Part shown: piece by piece, positions 38,983 through 48,433 of the stretch
Layout: every line of letters begins with the position of its first letter
Position numbering within the stretch: position 1 is the first letter of the stretch
Assembly: GCA_963737265.1 (NCBI GenBank)
Contig: CAVTRY010000006.1
Location: forward strand, 75,752-139,751
Reading direction: 5' to 3'
Length of the DNA: 64,000 nt
DNA from: an uncultured delta proteobacterium
GTDB lineage: Bacteria > Myxococcota_A > Polyangia > Fen-1088
Translations under genes and position numbers: made by a program
The notes under the pieces: model-generated
Seen by the model: only the letters and a program-made list of their open reading frames with translations
Database searches by the model: none
Told to the model about the DNA's origin: nothing

Positions 38983-40359
38983 CTACTTCGGGGCACCGAC
39001 TAGCTGGAACTCGGTGCGGCGGTTCTTGGCCTTGTCGGCGGCCGTCTTGTTCGACGTGATGGGCTTGTCCATACCGTACCCGACCGCGGTCAGGCGATCG
39101 GAGTTGATGCCCTTCCTGACAAAGTAGGCCTTCACCGACTCGGCCCGTTTCCGCGACAATTCCAGGTTGAACTCGGCCTTGCCCACGTTGTCGGTGTGCC
39201 CGCTGATTTCGAGCTTGATGTCCGGGTAGTCGTTGAGCACCTTCACGCCCTTGTCGAGCAACGAGTGCGAGTCCTTGGTGATCTCGGCCGACTTGGTCTT
39301 GAAGTTGATGCCTTGAATGACACCGGTGAACTTTTTGACGGCGGCGGGAACCTCGTCGGGGCAGCCGTCTTCGTCCTGGTAGCCGTTGAAGGTTTCAGGC
39401 TCGTTGGGGCACTTGTCGAGCTTGTCGGGAATGCCGTCGTTGTCGTTGTCCGGATCCGGGCAGCCGTCCTCATCCTGGAAGCCGTCGAAGTCTTCGGGCT
39501 CGTTGGGGCACTTGTCGAGCTTGTCGGGAATGCCGTCGCCGTCGTTGTCCGGATCCGGGCACCCGTCGTCGTCCTGGAAGCCGTCGAAATCCTCAGGCTC
39601 GCTCGGGCACTTGTCGGCATCACCCAGAATGCCGTCGTGATCTGGATCGAGATTCACCTTGGCAGCCGGCGGCGGCGCGGGCGGGGGTGGCTCGGGCGGC
39701 GGGCTTCCGAACAAACCGAGGTAGGCCGTCAGCAGGATTTCCCAGTCTGGACCATCGTAGTGGGTTTCGTTGCCGACCTTGGCGATGCCGGAAGCAATCG
39801 CGGGCGGCGCCATCACGCGTCCGTCGAGGCGCAGGCCGAACCTATCGGTGATGGGGAATTTGGCGCCCACGCCGATATGGAAGAAGTCGTCGGTGTCGCG
39901 CGGGACGATATCGGTGTTGCCGGGAAACGAGCTGAGCGCGCCCCAGCCGACGAGCACGAATGGCCGCACGTAACCCGTGTGAATGAAGGTGCCGATGATT
40001 TGGGCGCGGTAGCCGAGGATGATCTCGCGCGTGCTGTTGTCACGCGTGCGAGTCGGTGAAATCAGGGCTTCGCCTTCGGCCCCTATCCACTGGTTTAGGT
40101 TGTAGCTCAGGCGAAAACCGAAGGCGCCGCCGGTGTCGGGCGAAATCCCCGTGGGACTATCCGAGAAGCGGCCGAGGCCGCTCTTCTTGTTGTAGAAGTG
40201 AACGCCGCCGAAAACGCCGATTTCGAGCGGATTGACTTGTGCGCTGGGCGCCTCGCCCTCCGAAGCATGGGCGGCATTTGCGCCCGATAAACCTACGAGC
40301 GTAACCGCCAAGAGCGTGGTCAGGCGTCGTGCCACCACGAAACGTCGGGTTCTCCTCAT
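38983..40359 (-). CDS. OmpA-family protein: beta-barrel + thrombospondin type 3 repeats + peptidoglycan-binding domain
   Basis: RBS AAGGAG; barrel strands; DPDNDGDGIPDKLDKCP repeats; GHTDNVG, LSRKRAESV, NRRTEF. Confidence 0.92.
   Translation of the reverse strand: MRRTRRFVVARRLTTLLAVTLVGLSGANAAHASEGEAPSAQVNPLEIGVFGGVHFYNKKSGLGRFSDSPTGISPDTGGAFGFRLSYNLNQWIGAEGEALISPTRTRDNSTREIILGYRAQIIGTFIHTGYVRPFVLVGWGALSSFPGNTDIVPRDTDDFFHIGVGAKFPITDRFGLRLDGRVMAPPAIASGIAKVGNETHYDGPDWEILLTAYLGLFGSPPPEPPPPAPPPAAKVNLDPDHDGILGDADKCPSEPEDFDGFQDDDGCPDPDNDGDGIPDKLDKCPNEPEDFDGFQDEDGCPDPDNDNDGIPDKLDKCPNEPETFNGYQDEDGCPDEVPAAVKKFTGVIQGINFKTKSAEITKDSHSLLDKGVKVLNDYPDIKLEISGHTDNVGKAEFNLELSRKRAESVKAYFVRKGINSDRLTAVGYGMDKPITSNKTAADKAKNRRTEFQLVGAPK
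39357..39650. repeat. About 3 tandem 99-bp coding repeats (33-aa TSP3 Ca-binding units)
   Basis: Near-identical GGGCACTTGTCGAGCTTGTCGGGAATGCCGTCG... units with a 99-nt period. Confidence 0.85.
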
Positions 40360-40474
40360 GTGCTCTCCTTGTGGTTGTGGACAGGCAACACATAGCACAA
40401 TAAACGTCCTCGCGGACATGGAGCACGAATTCCATCAGGCGAAGGCCCGAGGCCGAGCGAGGGTTAATCCGAGG

Positions 40475-41008
40475 TCAACCGGTCGCCGTGGCGCCGGCCT
40501 GCTTCTGGCGCAGCGACGATCGAATCTCGGTGGCCACGACATCGCAAACCACGGTCTCGATTTTCTCGCGTGCGTCCGCGGGCAATCCTTCGAAGGCGAC
40601 GCCCATGAGAATGCTTCCCTGCTTGGATATGATCTTGACCACCTGGCAGCGCCCCACGATGACGGCGCCGCCACCAATTTTGAGGCGCATCCACACCACG
40701 GTCCCGGTCGGGGGCGACTCCGCAACCAGCGCGGAAAGCCCACTGGTGCTGATATCATGGGTGATGGAAGACACGGCGCCGGCGGGAAAGCCGAACTCGA
40801 TCTGGTAGGCCCGTGCGACGCGCAGAGCACCGCGCGCGGCAGCACCAGGTTCGATGGCCAGGCGCTGGGACATGAGCAGAACGGAGCACAGGTCATGCCT
40901 CGCTTGCATGTAGGGTTCGGTCGACTCCGCAGCGAGGGTTCCCTTCTTGAAGCCGTCGTGCCACTCGCAGAACTGTGCCAGCCATTCGTTGAGATTTGTC
41001 GCCACCAT
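40475..41008 (-). CDS. PilZ-domain protein (c-di-GMP receptor candidate)
   Basis: RxxxR (RGALR) and DxSxxG (DISTSG), MGVAF. Confidence 0.82.
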   Translation of the reverse strand: MVATNLNEWLAQFCEWHDGFKKGTLAAESTEPYMQARHDLCSVLLMSQRLAIEPGAAARGALRVARAYQIEFGFPAGAVSSITHDISTSGLSALVAESPPTGTVVWMRLKIGGGAVIVGRCQVVKIISKQGSILMGVAFEGLPADAREKIETVVCDVVATEIRSSLRQKQAGATATG

Positions 41009-41104
41009 TTGCGCTTTTCCTGGTTAAGGTGCGTCCACTTGCAGTGGTTAGATCGGTCGGCAGATGTGCCGCAGTTCTTTACCTCTACAATGTAGAGTTG
41101 TCCC

Positions 41105-41890
41105 ATGGATCTCAAAGAGCTACCATCCCACGCCTTTGCGCGTCACCCGTGGGAGGTCGTTCGCGCGGATTTCTTCCTGCGCATTCTTCGCGATCGCGTA
41201 ATGGGAAACGATCTTGCCGCGCTGGATCTCGGGGCCGGCGACGCCTTTTTCGCCCGGCGTCTGGCGAGCGCGTTGCCGTCGCTATCCCGCATGACCTGCT
41301 TCGATCTTGCCTACGACACGCGCTGGCTGACCGACCGAGTAGTCTCGGAAAACGCGGCCGACAAGCCGATCCGGTTTACCTCCACCAAGCCCGACGAACG
41401 ATTCGATCTGGTGCTCATGCTCGATGTCTTGGAGCATACCGCCGACGACCGGGCCACCCTGCGCGAGGTGACTTCGTCCCTGCTCAAGCCCGGTGGTTGG
41501 CTGTTGCTCAGCGTTCCGGCCTGGCCGGTGCTCTTTTCACGCCACGATGAAGTCCTCGGCCATCATCGTCGCTACTCGCCGGTGCAGCTGCGCGCCCTGG
41601 TTGCCGAGGCGAACTTCATCGAGGTGGCCCACGGCGAGTTGTTTGCCAGTCTGATTCTTCCGCGCGCCTTTGCCAAGCTCGGTGACCTTGCCTTGGGTGG
41701 CGGCGGACCTGCGCACGCGACGGCGCAAGCGCCAGCGGATACTTCGCTCGGAGCATGGAAACAGGGCACGCTCATCACCGCAGCGGCAACAGCCGCGCTG
41801 GCCCTGGATGCGACGTGCTGCCGGATCGCCGCACGGTTGCGCCTTCCCTTCGTGGGACTCTCCACCTGGGTGCTGGCTAAAACGCCATGA
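41105..41890 (+). CDS. Class I SAM-dependent methyltransferase
   Basis: LDLGAGD, MLDVLEH, SVPAWPVLFSRHDEVLGHHRRY. Confidence 0.85.
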   Translation: MDLKELPSHAFARHPWEVVRADFFLRILRDRVMGNDLAALDLGAGDAFFARRLASALPSLSRMTCFDLAYDTRWLTDRVVSENAADKPIRFTSTKPDERFDLVLMLDVLEHTADDRATLREVTSSLLKPGGWLLLSVPAWPVLFSRHDEVLGHHRRYSPVQLRALVAEANFIEVAHGELFASLILPRAFAKLGDLALGGGGPAHATAQAPADTSLGAWKQGTLITAAATAALALDATCCRIAARLRLPFVGLSTWVLAKTP

Positions 41891-42636
41891 CCCAAGCTTC
41901 GATCGCACTGGTCGTGCCCTGCTTCGACGAGGAAGCCCGTCTCGACCGCGCCGCATTTCTCGCCTTGGTCGATGATGCACCAGCCCTTGGTCTCGTGTTC
42001 GTCGACGACGGTTCGCGCGACCAGACTCTGGAAATCCTCCACGCGCTGGCGCGCGAGCGACCGGGACGCATCGAGGTCGTCGCCCTACCCAAGAATCAAG
42101 GCAAGGCCGAGGCGGTGCGACGCGGGCTTCTCCATGCGGTCGCAAGTCCGGTTGCCATCGCCGGCTTCATCGACGCCGATTCTTCGACCCCTCCGGCCGA
42201 GATCCTGCGCCTCACCGAGCTCGCCCGCAGCGGGCCGCATGACATCGTAATGGGCTCGCGCGTTCAGCTTCTCGGCCGGGCCATCAACCGCAAATCCGCG
42301 CGCCACTATCTCGGTCGTATTTTCGCCACCTGCGCCAGCCTCAGCCTCGGTCTGTCCGTCTACGACACCCAATGCGGCGCCAAGCTTTTCCGTCGCACCG
42401 ATGCGCTCGCGGCAGCGCTCGCCGAGCCATTTTCGTCGCGCTGGGCGTTCGACGTCGAGCTGCTGGCGCGCCTGATTCGCCCGCGTGCAGGCGTCCCCGC
42501 GATTCCCGTGGCCAGCATCTGGGAAGAGCCCTTGCTGACCTGGACCGACGTTCCCGGCTCCAAGATGCGTCTGGCAAGCGCACTGTGGACCGGGCTAGAG
42601 CTCGTGCGCATCGGCTGGAAGCTGCGTCGCCGCTAG
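41887..42636 (+). CDS. GT2 glycosyltransferase (polyprenyl-phosphate glycosyltransferase-like)
   Basis: VVPCFDE, VDDGSRD, NQGKAEAV, DAD, DTQCGAKLF, FDVELL; ATGA overlap. Confidence 0.9.
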   Translation: MTQASIALVVPCFDEEARLDRAAFLALVDDAPALGLVFVDDGSRDQTLEILHALARERPGRIEVVALPKNQGKAEAVRRGLLHAVASPVAIAGFIDADSSTPPAEILRLTELARSGPHDIVMGSRVQLLGRAINRKSARHYLGRIFATCASLSLGLSVYDTQCGAKLFRRTDALAAALAEPFSSRWAFDVELLARLIRPRAGVPAIPVASIWEEPLLTWTDVPGSKMRLASALWTGLELVRIGWKLRRR

Positions 42637-42802
42637 TTCCGCCCGTTAGATCGCGCCTGCTGTGCAGCGAATCCGAGGCGACGCCGCAAGAGCCGGGCGC
42701 CCGGCTGCGCAAGGTTGTCGACAGCGGCGACCAAGTGATGGAGCGCCGACGCAAGGCCGCAGTGCGCGCGGCGATCATCGGGTGCGCTCGATTGTGACGC
42801 TC

Positions 42803-43319
42803 ATGGACGACATCAATAGCGCGCGGCAATCCCTCTTTGGGACTCGATAAGAAGGAAGCGGTCAAAGCTGCCAACCACTACGAAGTGTGGAAGAGCGCGA
42901 TGGATCTATTGAAGGGTCAGTTCAGGCAGACAGCAGAGATGCTTACTGCATCGGCTGCAATGAGTAATGTCTATCTCAAGGACTTCGGTACGCTCGAATT
43001 GGAGAAATACCTCTCCCTGAAGAAGGAGGGATCTGCAAAGCGCACCTGGTTCTTCAGGCTCGACATTCGCAGCGGCGAACAGACTGCGCGATACCTCTGC
43101 TTCTTTGGCTTCGGAAGCCAACGAATGAGCACAGACCCGCAGATCGATGTTACTCTTCATGTCGCTCGTGAGGATCCTCCAGGTTCTTTCCAATATACGA
43201 GGTGCAACGATGCTCCCAGCTCGAAGGATCCCGACATTGTGGAAATTGGTTACAGCTCGAAAAGGGAGGCGTTTCTGGTCCGGGAATTGTGGAGCGCAAT
43301 TTCGGCGGCTAAGGGCTAA
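42803..43319 (+). pseudogene. Fragment of an unidentified, AT-richer gene
   Basis: Protein-like 160-aa frame (HYEVWKSAMDLLK...RTWFFRLDIRSG...YLCFFGF) lacking a proper start, with a frame break near 42837; visibly lower GC than flanks. Confidence 0.5.
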
Positions 43320-43367
43320 AGCCGTTGCAGCTCTCGTAGCTGAACGGCAAACCGTTCGCCGGGCCCT

Positions 43368-43461
43368 CAGTGAACGGTACGCGTGTCGAGCCTGGTTCTG
43401 AACTTCCCCCGGGCAGTTGGCGAAACGGCTCCCAGAACCGAGCGTTTGGCCGGGACTTCAC
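43368..43461 (-). pseudogene. RelE/ParE-like toxin remnant (frameshifted, truncated)
   Basis: MKSRPNARFWEPFRQLPG / EVQNQARHAYRSL across the C5 run at 43406-43410; GTG overlaps the antitoxin TGA. Confidence 0.65.
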
Positions 43462-43675
43462 ATCTTGTCGGGATCGAGGGTGCTCGTTCGACCGGCGGCC
43501 TCATCGGCCACGGCCCCGTCGGCCAATGCGTTCAGGACTTCTTGGAGCCGGCGAATCGGCGCGTCCATTCTCCTTCGGATGCGAGCTCGGACTGCAGCCA
43601 TCCCGCGATCCGATCCTGCTCGTCTGCAGGAAGGGACGATATCCTGGAGAAGACGCTTTCGAGAGCCCGAGTCAT
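43458..43675 (-). pseudogene. Type II antitoxin-like gene with 1-nt frameshift
   Basis: MTRALESVFSRISSLPADEQDRIAGWLQSELASEGEWTRRFAGS / QEVLNALADGAVADEAAGRTSTLDPDKM; break near 43544. Confidence 0.7.
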
Positions 43676-44034
43676 GCGCCAAGCATACTGCCCAGGGGGT
43701 TGCCCAACAACTGGGCGCTCGCAAGCAGCTCAAGCAAAAGGAACAGGGACTGATCGGGCTTCTGTGGGCTCACGAGATCCGTTCCGCGGTGAGGAAGATG
43801 CCACCCTCGCGCAACGTCCGTTGATCGCCGCCCGCGCGTGTGCAGGCGCCCTGCCCACCCCTCGGGCTTCGCCCGCAAGCAGGTCCCGAAGCTCCCGAAG
43901 GGGAGGTCGGATGGTGAGCGCCAACAGTCCACTCGAAATCCGCTCCTGAAATCCGGAAGACGGTCGACTTTTGCGCCAAGACGTCCGACAATGCAGCCTG
44001 CTTCGCTGTGATGGCTTTCACGAAAGAGACCACG

Positions 44035-44145
44035 ATGAAAAAGACGGAAAAGACCGCCAACCCCGCCCCCTTCGGACTCGTGGGTTTCGGGATGACGACC
44101 GTTCTGCTCAACATCCACAACGCGGGCTTTTTCCGAGCACGGTGA
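44035..44145 (+). pseudogene. satP: N-terminal stub (36 codons) of GPR1/FUN34/YaaH acetate transporter
   Basis: [26 protein letters not shown] then stop; family signature NPAPLGL. Confidence 0.8.
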
Positions 44146-44170
44146 GTGGTTGCCCGGAGCGGAATCCATC

Positions 44171-44512
44171 ATGGCAATCAGAAAGCGGACCAGGTCGCTC
44201 GCTCTCGTTCTGCTGGGCGCGCTCGCTTTCGCCTCTGCGTCGGTGTTGGCCGTGCCGGCTGAGGTGCGCGTTCCCATCGTCAAGGAGCATGGCAGGGCCG
44301 ATCCGCCCAGCCCCGGTGTTTTTTCGCACTGGCAACACGATCAATACATTTGTGTCACCTGTCACCCGGCGCTGTTTCCCCGCGCACGCGTGGGATTCAC
44401 CCACGATCAGATGGACGAGGGTAGGTTCTGCGGCGCTTGTCACGACGGCCGGACGGCTCCCCCGACCAGTGGCGCGCGCGCAACCTGCAAATCCTCGTGT
44501 CACGCTCAATGA
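44171..44512 (+). CDS. Periplasmic c7-type triheme cytochrome c
   Basis: Signal peptide; FSHWQH, CVTCH, CGACH, CKSSCH (CX3CH). Confidence 0.85.
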   Translation: MAIRKRTRSLALVLLGALAFASASVLAVPAEVRVPIVKEHGRADPPSPGVFSHWQHDQYICVTCHPALFPRARVGFTHDQMDEGRFCGACHDGRTAPPTSGARATCKSSCHAQ

Positions 44513-45717
44513 GGAAAGTCGTCAGTCGCATGCTTGCCATCTTTGTCGTGACCGCGGTCGTGACCGTGGCCGCGACGTCGCCCTTGGCCGCGTCCGAAGA
44601 GGGCGGCACCGAAGTCGGTCCGGCGGAAGGTCAGGCCGCCAGCCCGACCGAGCCGACACCCGCGCCGGCCAAGCCGCCGGCGAAGGATGATGCCGAGGAG
44701 CATGGGGGCCAGGCGTTGGCACTGCCAGGCGGCGTCCGCCTCGGCGGCATGTTCGACGCCGCCTACGAGCGCGCGGGTAGATCGGCCGACTTCGGCAGCG
44801 GGCAGAACGAGTTCCACAGCTATCACCATTTCTTGTTTCTATCCCGCCAGGGCGATGATGTGCCCGTGGGGTTCAACGCAGAAGTGCTGGGCCTTTACTT
44901 CTACGAACTCACTGCGCGCCTTTCGGACAAGGGATCGCCCGTGCGCGTGTCCGCCCACGCGGGAAAGATCCTGGTGCCCTTCGGGCCGGATCCGCTGTTT
45001 CACAAAAACTACGGCGGGCTAAGCGGCGTCGACCAGAGGACGCTGCCCGTGGTCTGGTCGGCCATCGGCGGTGGCGTCCGCTTCGCCCTGGTGTCGCGGG
45101 GGCTGTCCGCCTCCGACGAGGTTTACAGCGTGCAAGGGTTCGACCTCCCAGCGCGCGACCAGACGCTCGACATGCAACGCGACCTGGTTGCTTACGACGG
45201 TGCGCGCGTGGCGCTGGGCAACCGGCTGGCGCTCTCGAGCGGTCCCTTCACGCTGTGGTACTCGTTCTATTGGAACCCGATGCGTTTTGGCCGCCAGCTC
45301 ATCATGCAGGCCGTGGATATGACGGTGTGGCGGCCCGACTGGCCGCTTCTGAACCATCTGGCATTGGGCGTTGGCGCCGTACGCGCGTTCGTTTCTGCCG
45401 ACGAGAGCTACGGCCGGCCGAACGCCGTGCCGGATGCTGGTTCGTATTTCCACTTCGCCGACTACGTCTGGTTGCGTGCCTATCTGGGCCAATGGATCTA
45501 CCTGCAGGCGCGCAGTGGTCTGGCGACCTTCGACAACCGGGCCGGGCTCTTTTACGACGCAAGCCGGGCCACTGCGGACGATGGCTCGCACCACAACGTG
45601 GCGTTGGTGGTCGAATACGCGGGCGCGCAAGCCAGTCTGGCCTATTTCTGGAACTTCGAGAAAGTCGACGAACGACCGGACGATCTTCTGCGGCTGACGG
45701 TGACCTATGCGTTCTAG
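44509..45717 (+). CDS. Outer-membrane beta-barrel (porin-like) protein
   Basis: Signal peptide, Pro-rich linker, amphipathic strands, GKILVPFG, C-terminal LTVTYAF; ATGA overlap with the cytochrome. Confidence 0.75.
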   Translation: MRKVVSRMLAIFVVTAVVTVAATSPLAASEEGGTEVGPAEGQAASPTEPTPAPAKPPAKDDAEEHGGQALALPGGVRLGGMFDAAYERAGRSADFGSGQNEFHSYHHFLFLSRQGDDVPVGFNAEVLGLYFYELTARLSDKGSPVRVSAHAGKILVPFGPDPLFHKNYGGLSGVDQRTLPVVWSAIGGGVRFALVSRGLSASDEVYSVQGFDLPARDQTLDMQRDLVAYDGARVALGNRLALSSGPFTLWYSFYWNPMRFGRQLIMQAVDMTVWRPDWPLLNHLALGVGAVRAFVSADESYGRPNAVPDAGSYFHFADYVWLRAYLGQWIYLQARSGLATFDNRAGLFYDASRATADDGSHHNVALVVEYAGAQASLAYFWNFEKVDERPDDLLRLTVTYAF

Positions 45718-46093
45718 GTTGCTCTTGGCATCAGCGGTCGCCGCCTTGGTCAGCTGCGCCGATTTTCGGCGCGGGCCCGCGCCTCGCGACGGGAGCGCGG
45801 ATGGCTCCGAGGTCGTGGATGTCGCGTTCGAAGGGTCGGTGTATCCCATTCTCGACCTCGAGTGCGTCGAGTGCCATTCGGCCAGCGGCCAAGCCTCCAA
45901 CACCAACTTCGTGCTCACCGGCAACGCCCGCCTCGATCGCGCCATGGTCGTGGCCCTGGTGACGCCAGGCAATCCCAGCGAGAGTAGGTTGCTGGTTCAG
46001 GCCACCAGCGACAGTCATGGTGGCGGGCAACGGTTTGCCACGGACAGTTCGGAGTACCAGACTATCTCCGCTTGGATACTCGGTCTTCCGTGA
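45707..46093 (+). CDS. Monoheme cytochrome c lipoprotein
   Basis: LVSC lipobox; VYPILDLECVECH, PGNPSESRLL, SHGGG, ISAWI; overlaps the porin stop by 11 nt. Confidence 0.78.
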   Translation: MRSRLLLASAVAALVSCADFRRGPAPRDGSADGSEVVDVAFEGSVYPILDLECVECHSASGQASNTNFVLTGNARLDRAMVVALVTPGNPSESRLLVQATSDSHGGGQRFATDSSEYQTISAWILGLP

Positions 46094-46206
46094 ACCTGGG
46101 CGGATGCGCGGCGGCCGCATCGCCTCGCCCCGTCCCATCGGCTGGAAACTGCGTCGCCGCTAGCTCCTAGTCGCCGGGCGAGATTCTGATATGGTTGGAC
46201 GTTCCA

Positions 46207-47406
46207 ATGTCCTTGTCCGAAGAACTACTCGCAACGGGGCGAAGGCTCCTCATCAACAACTACGGCCGCGCGCCCATCGTCATGTCGCGCGGCGAAGGCT
46301 GCGAGCTGTGGGATGTCGACGGCCGTCGCTACCTCGACATGACTGCGGGCATCGCCGTGTGCGTGCTCGGCCACGGCCACGCCGGGCTGGCGCAGGCCAT
46401 CGCCACCCAGGCTGCCCGTTTGCACCACACCTCGAACCTGTACTTCATCGAAGAACAGATCCGGCTCGCCGAAGCGCTCAGCCGCCGCGCCTTTGCCGGC
46501 AAGTTCTTCTTTTGCAACTCGGGCACCGAGGCCAACGAAGCCGCCCTCAAGCTCGCCCGGCGCTACCAGGCGGTGGTGCGGGGCAGGCCCAATCGCGTGG
46601 AGCTCATCGCCTTCGAAAATAGTTTTCACGGCCGCACCATGGGTGCGCTGTCGGTGACCGGCCAAGCCAAGTACAGGCAAGGCTTCGGACCTTTGCTGGC
46701 CGACGTTCGCTTCATCCCGTTCGGCGACGCCGAAGCCGCCCGCGCGGCCATCAACGACCGCACCTGCGCGGTCATCGCCGAGCCCATCCAAGCCGAAGGT
46801 GGCATCAACCTGCCGCCGCCGGGATATTTGCAGGAATTGCGCCGCGTGTGCAGCGAACGAGGCGCCGTCTTGATCTTCGACGAGATCCAGACCGGCGTCG
46901 GGCGCGCGGGAACCTTCTACGCGTTCGAACGGGAGGCCATGGTTCCGGACATCGTAACCTTGGCCAAGGGTCTGGCGGGCGGCGTGCCCATGGGCGCGAT
47001 GCTGGCAAGCGACGAGGTCGAGCGCGCCTTCGAGCCGGGAACGCACGCGTCCACCTTTGGCGGCAATCCTCTGGCGTCGGCTGCCGCGCTTTACATCCAG
47101 CAAACCATCGACGAGCAGAATCTGCTCGGTCGCTGCCAAGACGCCGGTGCCTATCTCGGATCTGCCCTTTCCCGCATGGCGGAACGGCGCAGGCCGAAGA
47201 CACGCAGCGCGCGCGGGCGCGGGCTTTTGCAGGGGCTCGTGCTCGACGGCGACGCGGGCGCAGTGGTGGTCAAGGCGCGCGAGCGGGGGCTGCTGCTGTC
47301 CGTGGCGGGCGGTTCGGTCGTGCGTTTCGCGCCGCCGCTGGTGGTGGGCAAGGACGAGATCGACGAAGCCGTTGCCATCCTGGACGCGGTGCTGGCCGAC
47401 AGCTGA
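46207..47406 (+). CDS. argD: Acetylornithine aminotransferase
   Basis: YLDMTAGIAV, NSGTEANE, SFHGRT, FDEIQTG, LAKGLAGG, HASTFGGNPL; adjacent to argF. Confidence 0.92.
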   Translation: MSLSEELLATGRRLLINNYGRAPIVMSRGEGCELWDVDGRRYLDMTAGIAVCVLGHGHAGLAQAIATQAARLHHTSNLYFIEEQIRLAEALSRRAFAGKFFFCNSGTEANEAALKLARRYQAVVRGRPNRVELIAFENSFHGRTMGALSVTGQAKYRQGFGPLLADVRFIPFGDAEAARAAINDRTCAVIAEPIQAEGGINLPPPGYLQELRRVCSERGAVLIFDEIQTGVGRAGTFYAFEREAMVPDIVTLAKGLAGGVPMGAMLASDEVERAFEPGTHASTFGGNPLASAAALYIQQTIDEQNLLGRCQDAGAYLGSALSRMAERRRPKTRSARGRGLLQGLVLDGDAGAVVVKARERGLLLSVAGGSVVRFAPPLVVGKDEIDEAVAILDAVLADS

Positions 47407-47426
47407 GAAAGTTTGCGAGAACGAAG

Positions 47427-48404
47427 ATGACGACGACGAAACGCGATTTCCTGAGCTTGTTTGACGTGAGCGACGTGGAGCTGGCCGCGCTCATCCGCCG
47501 CGCCGAAGAGCTGCGCTTTCTGCGGCGGATGGGTGAAGCGCACGCCACGCGCCCGGGACGCATGCTGGCCCTGATTTTCGAGAAAGCCTCGACGCGAACG
47601 CGCGTGAGCTTCGAAGTGGCGATCACCGAGCTCGGCGGGCACGCCGTCGTGCTCGGTCGCAACGATTCGCAGCTCGGCCGCGGCGAGCCCGTGAGGGACA
47701 CGGCGCGAGTCATGGCCCGCTACTGCCACGCCATCATGGTGCGCACCTTCGGACACGAGGGCGCGCAAGAGCTGGCCGCCTATGCGTCGGTTCCCGTCAT
47801 CAACGGGCTCACCGACCTTTTGCATCCCTGCCAGGTGCTCGCCGACTTGCAAACGGTGTACGCGCATATCGTGGAGCGCGATAGCGGCGCCGCTGGATCC
47901 ACGACAGGTTCGGCCGCGGACGTGCTCTCCGTGCTGCGCGGCGTGCGCTACGCCTGGGTGGGCGACGGCAACAACATGGCCAACACCTGGGTCGAGGCCG
48001 CGGGCCTGCTGGGACTCGACCTGGCGCTCGCGTGTCCCAAGAGCTACGAACCCAATCAAGACGTCGTGGCGCGGGCCAAACGTACGGGCAAGGGCGCGAT
48101 CCATATCACCCACGATCCACGCCAGGCCGTGGCCGGCCGCCATGTGATCTCGACCGATGTGTTCGCGTCCATGGGCAAGGAAGAAGAGACCGAGGCGCGG
48201 CGCCGCGCTTTCGTCGGGTATTGCGTCGATCAGGCGCTGGTCGCCACGGCGGATCCCAAAGCCATCGTGCTTCACTGCTTGCCCGCGCACAGGGGCGAAG
48301 AAATCACCGATGAAGTGATCGAGGGGCCGGCGAGCGTCGTCTGGCAGGAGGCGGAGAATCGCCTGCACGCGCAGAAGGCTCTTCTCGAATGGCTTTTGCG
48401 CTAG
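47427..48404 (+). CDS. argF: Ornithine carbamoyltransferase
   Basis: FEKASTRTR, NGLTDLLHPCQ, GDGNN, SMG, HCLPAHRG, AENRLH. Confidence 0.96.
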   Translation: MTTTKRDFLSLFDVSDVELAALIRRAEELRFLRRMGEAHATRPGRMLALIFEKASTRTRVSFEVAITELGGHAVVLGRNDSQLGRGEPVRDTARVMARYCHAIMVRTFGHEGAQELAAYASVPVINGLTDLLHPCQVLADLQTVYAHIVERDSGAAGSTTGSAADVLSVLRGVRYAWVGDGNNMANTWVEAAGLLGLDLALACPKSYEPNQDVVARAKRTGKGAIHITHDPRQAVAGRHVISTDVFASMGKEEETEARRRAFVGYCVDQALVATADPKAIVLHCLPAHRGEEITDEVIEGPASVVWQEAENRLHAQKALLEWLLR

Positions 48405-48433
48405 CAAGCGCGACGCGAGGGAGGCGACCTGCG

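Noticed and set aside
39357-39650. Mobile or CRISPR-like repeats
   Set aside because: In-frame 33-aa TSP3 coding repeats of the OmpA protein
43840-43910. CGGGCTTCGCCCG hairpin as ncRNA or REP
   Set aside because: Single short hairpin with no matching copy found in the window
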